64,000 nt of DNA. Origin: Anaeramoeba ignava BMAN (taxonomy: Eukaryota; Protista; Anaeramoebae). The translations under genes and the position numbers were made by a program. Each line of letters begins with the position of its first letter. The first letter of the stretch is position 1. Below the pieces are notes generated by a model, which made no database searches, was not told the DNA's origin, and saw only the letters and a list, made by a program, of their open reading frames with translations. Location: contig JAPDFW010000136.1 in the NCBI GenBank assembly GCA_028826165.1, positions 1 to 64,000 of the forward strand, given 5' to 3'. Of the stretch, positions 60,261 to 64,000 are shown piece by piece.

Positions 60261-63200
60261 ATGAAAAACTTAGAAAAAAAATCAATTTTTGAACTTTTTA
60301 AAACATCAAATAAAGAAGAAATAACAAACTATTTTCAAAATGAACCAAACAAAATTAATAAAATTATTGAAAATAACCAAATATTATCCAAAAAGGGATA
60401 CAAACCTTTGCATCTTGCAACGGAAATTGGGAATGAAAAAATAATGCAAATCCTTGTAGAACTGGGAGCAGATATCAACTGCAAAACACTTGAAAAGCAA
60501 ACACCACTTCATATAGCAAGTTATCATGGAAAAAAAGAATGTGTAGATTTTCTTTTATCAAAAAAAGCAAAAATCAATTTTTTAACAATCAATAATGAAA
60601 CACCACTTCATCTGGCAATTTCACAAAAAAACGAAGAAGTTGCAGAAGAAACTAATCGACAATCAAGCTCCTTTTAATTGTATGAACGCAAATGGCCAGA
60701 CACCTTTTATTTTATCTATTGTTTTCGGAGCAGAAAGGTTAATGAATAAAATGATCAAAAAATCAATTGATTCAAACACTTTAATTCATCAAGAAGATTT
60801 AAGTGGTTGGAACTCTTTGCATTATTCCGTTTATTATCAACGAGTAGACTGTCTTCAAGCGTTGATTGAAAACGGAGCTCACATTAATTCCCCATCATCA
60901 AAAAATGGATTACTGCCAATCCATGTTGCAGTTATTTTGAAATGGATCGAAGGAATCGCATTTTTAATTCAGCATGGAGCCAATTTGAATTCTCATTCAG
61001 GAAACTTCAAAGAAAATAAATCCAATTTGAACCCAAGAGAGAACGAGCTGGATGACAATATTTTGAAGGATTTGGATCAGCAAATGAATTTTTCAAGCTC
61101 TCTTCATCTTGCTGTCAAATGTGCCGATCCAAAAACAATTTCATTTCTTCTTAAAAATGGAGTGAATCTTGAAGAAGAAAACCAACTCGGACAATTCCCT
61201 ATCCATATCGCAGCCAAGTTTGGCAAGCTAGAAAATATGGCGGCGCTTATTGAATATAATAATGATTCCGTGAATCAAAAAGACTCCCAATTATACACCC
61301 CTATTTTTTATGCAACCCAAGAATCGCATTTCGAAGTTGTCAAAAATCTTGTTCAACTCGGAGCGAAATTGGATCATCAAGATAAGGATTCTTGGAGTGT
61401 TTGCCATATTGCAGCGTATTTTGGGAACGACAAGATTCTTAAATATTTGCTTGAAATTGGAGCGCCTTTTGTTAGAACATCTAATAAGGGCCAAACACCC
61501 CTTCATATTTCTGCAAACTCAAAAAAGCTTGAATGCACAAAAATAATTACTGAATATTTGGAAAAATCACGCAAAAAAATCAAGAATCTTGACGATGATA
61601 TTTTGGATATCGATGCAATATCGACATCTGGATGGACAGCTTTGCACTATGCTGCCAAATCAGGCTCGTTGGAGATTGTTGCGTATTTAATTTCTAATGG
61701 GGCAAATGTGCAAAAAGAGACCAAATTCAAGTCAACAGCTCTTCATCTTGCCTCACAAGAAAATCAATATCATTTAATCAAATATTTAATCGATAAAGGG
61801 ATTCCTGTTGACAAACAGAATCAAGGATTCGCAACCGCTCTTCATTTAGCATCTGCAAGTAATCATTACCAATCAATCAAGTCATTGGTTCAAAATCACG
61901 CAGATCTCAATTGCCAAGATCACAATGGCGATACTCCTTTGAATTTGTCAATCATGTATGCTGAGCCTAAATGCGCCAAATTGTTGATTCTTGCAGGAGC
62001 AAGTTTGAAGTTGCCCAATTATCAAGGCGAAACTCCGTTACTAAAGGCAAGAGCACTCAACAAAGTGGAGTTTTTTGAATGTCTTTTGGAGCTTCCTTCT
62101 TGGAAAAAGAGATTGGAAAAAACTCAAATTGAAAACAGTTTAGAAAAGTATTTGGAAAAGGAGGTTGAAAAAAGTCAATCCAAAACTCAATCAGAAAATC
62201 CATCAGAAAATCAATCCGAAAACCAATCCAAAAATCAATCAGAAAATGTATCAGAAAATGTATCAGAAAATGAGTTAGAAATCCATCCAGAAATCCATTC
62301 AGAAACACATTCAGAAACACATTCAGAAACACATTCAGAAAATCCTCTTCAAATTATTGATGAAGATATTACTTTCACTTCATTTTCTATTCATCAAATG
62401 AACTCAAATTTGCAAATTTTTCCTGATAGTTTTGTTTTGGATAATGATTTGGATCCTGATCCAGATCACAAAATTATTGACTATTCACAAACAAACCACA
62501 ACATCATAAACTCGGAAATTATTCCTTCAAACAACCACATCCCTCATCTCAAATTACTTTCTTTTGATGAAATTATTGATTTGATTAAGAAAATATCAAT
62601 CACAAACACAGCCAAATCTACCTTTTTGGAAATTTTACTCGATATTCTTGAAAATTCCGAAAATCAAACCATTGACAGAATCGAGGATTATAATCTCATA
62701 TACTCCAAAACAAAGGAATATTTGTCGCTTATCGACAATTCATTTGCTCAAACATCCAAGAAGAAAGAAAATTTACTTCAGATCATTTTATCAACAGGAT
62801 TGAAAATGACACTTTATCATTTTGTAGCCTTGTTTAACAAGAAATCAAAGACCATGTATAACACAAACAACCAACAAATCTTGGTGTGGTTTGATTCCAA
62901 CCCGGAAAACAACCATATCATAGATCTAATCACAAAGCAATGCCCACAAATTAACGTGATATGTCCATCCACTCTTGACGAAAATGAGCTCGAGGAGAGC
63001 TTCCGCAACATCCTTTGCTCATCGTATCGTCCTCTATCAACCAGGATCATTTGCAATAATACAACATCTCAGGTGATCGTCCCCTTAATTCGTAACAAAT
63101 GGAATTCAGACACTCCCATTCTTATTTATTGCTTCAAAACTCAATTTGCTCTTGAATTCATTGAGAAAAACAACTACAAAAATGTATGGATCACTGCCTC

Positions 63201-64000
63201 TGATTCTCAAACAGTTCTCTTCTCAACTTTTTGTATTCCCCCTAAACAACCAATTCCTATTGAAAAATTCCATTTAAATTTGCCAGTTCAGATCCAAAAA
63301 ATAACTGAAATGGGGAAAAAAATCAAACAAATCAAACTGCTTAATATTTGTAATCGTTTAACAACAATCTCTGAACTAGATTATCCCGCTCCTAAAACAG
63401 CCGGAATGTACGCAAGTGCTGAAATTACTGATCTAGTGCAGGACATCGAAACAGCCTTATCAGGAATGATCAAAGCAAACACAAATAAATCAGCACTACT
63501 TTCCTTATATACTACAGCACTTTCTTTGTGCGCATTGAATTACGCACAGCAACTCTCTTTCAAACAATTTCTCTTAGTCTCGCAACAGACAATGACATCC
63601 TTTGAGAAACGGTATGTGATCTGGTTCGATGTTCAACATGATGAGAATTCAATGATTTCTTCTAAATTTAATCAACTTTCAATTAACGTTATTTTCCCTC
63701 CTACAACAATCGTTAGTTCTCATATTTTTGTTGATATCGAGAGTACAAAACTTTTTCTTCTCAAATTTATTAAAAAACATCAAGGTTTAAACCCTTTTAA
63801 CTGCAGATTTATTGGAAATCTTTATAATTCAACAAAAATCCTTCCTTTTATTAGAAATGATTTATTTTTATCCATTCCTTTTTTGGTTTTTTGTTCCAAA
63901 AACCGCATCCAAAAAGCACAGGATCTTGTTCAAAATTATCGATTTTCTTGGGCTTCATGGACTCCAAAAGATACTATTCGTTTTGGAAAATTTACTTTTT
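60261..64000 (+). CDS. Large intronless ankyrin protein (about 16 repeats) with acidic linker and two repeated receiver-like domains; +1 frame break near 60650; 3' end beyond the window
   Basis: ORF 60261-60677 has three repeats; the frame starting at 60661 appears open to the window end (TPFILS, NSLHYS, LPIHVA, SSLHLA, FPIHIA, TPIFYA, SVCHIA, TPLHIS, TALHYA, TALHLA x2, TPLNLS, TPLLKA). It is absent from the ORF track because it has no stop in the window. Confidence 0.85.

Noticed and set aside
36750-60660. Programmed frameshifting in HMG, RCC1-BTB, EFR3 and ankyrin genes
   Set aside because: Breaks fall in homopolymer or repeat tracts with mixed signs and affect conserved genes; assembly indels are simpler. 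Accurate reads would decide.
1-64000. Alternative genetic code, tRNA or rRNA genes
   Set aside because: TAA and TGA end genes normally and ORF breaks are explained by introns or indels; no structured RNA gene recognised by eye (tRNAscan-SE and Infernal not run).

Overview
Extremely AT-rich eukaryotic (protist) nuclear DNA with short GT-AG spliceosomal introns, standard genetic code, NQ/EN/SK dipeptide tracts and many local satellites. Gene content and style suggest an anaerobic metamonad such as Anaeramoeba (inference, not checked). Genes left to right: RNF213/mysterin-like AAA+ giant (runs off the left edge), mitochondrial carrier, RCC1-F-box-Arf GTPase fusion, ankyrin-BTB gene, class II (B12-dependent) ribonucleotide reductase, archaemetzincin, AP-3 beta, double HMG-box protein, four RCC1-BTB paralogues with an acyltransferase-3 gene among them, SH3-SH3-RasGAP, EFR3-like, a small RLGLGA-motif protein and a long ankyrin protein (runs off the right edge). 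Top finding: the ankyrin-BTB gene (21196-24566) reconstructs as 26 exons, 16 of them single-codon (3-nt) exons that supply exactly the variable beta-hairpin residues of each ankyrin repeat. Also notable: a 6.3-kb element with 24-bp terminal inverted repeats and a TA duplication inserted in a microsatellite and carrying a 4.1-kb satellite; the RCC1-F-box-Arf fusion lacking the catalytic Gln; and two-residue hypervariable sites across the RCC1-BTB paralogues. All gene models are manual reconstructions without transcript data. Scattered homopolymer frameshifts are probably assembly errors.
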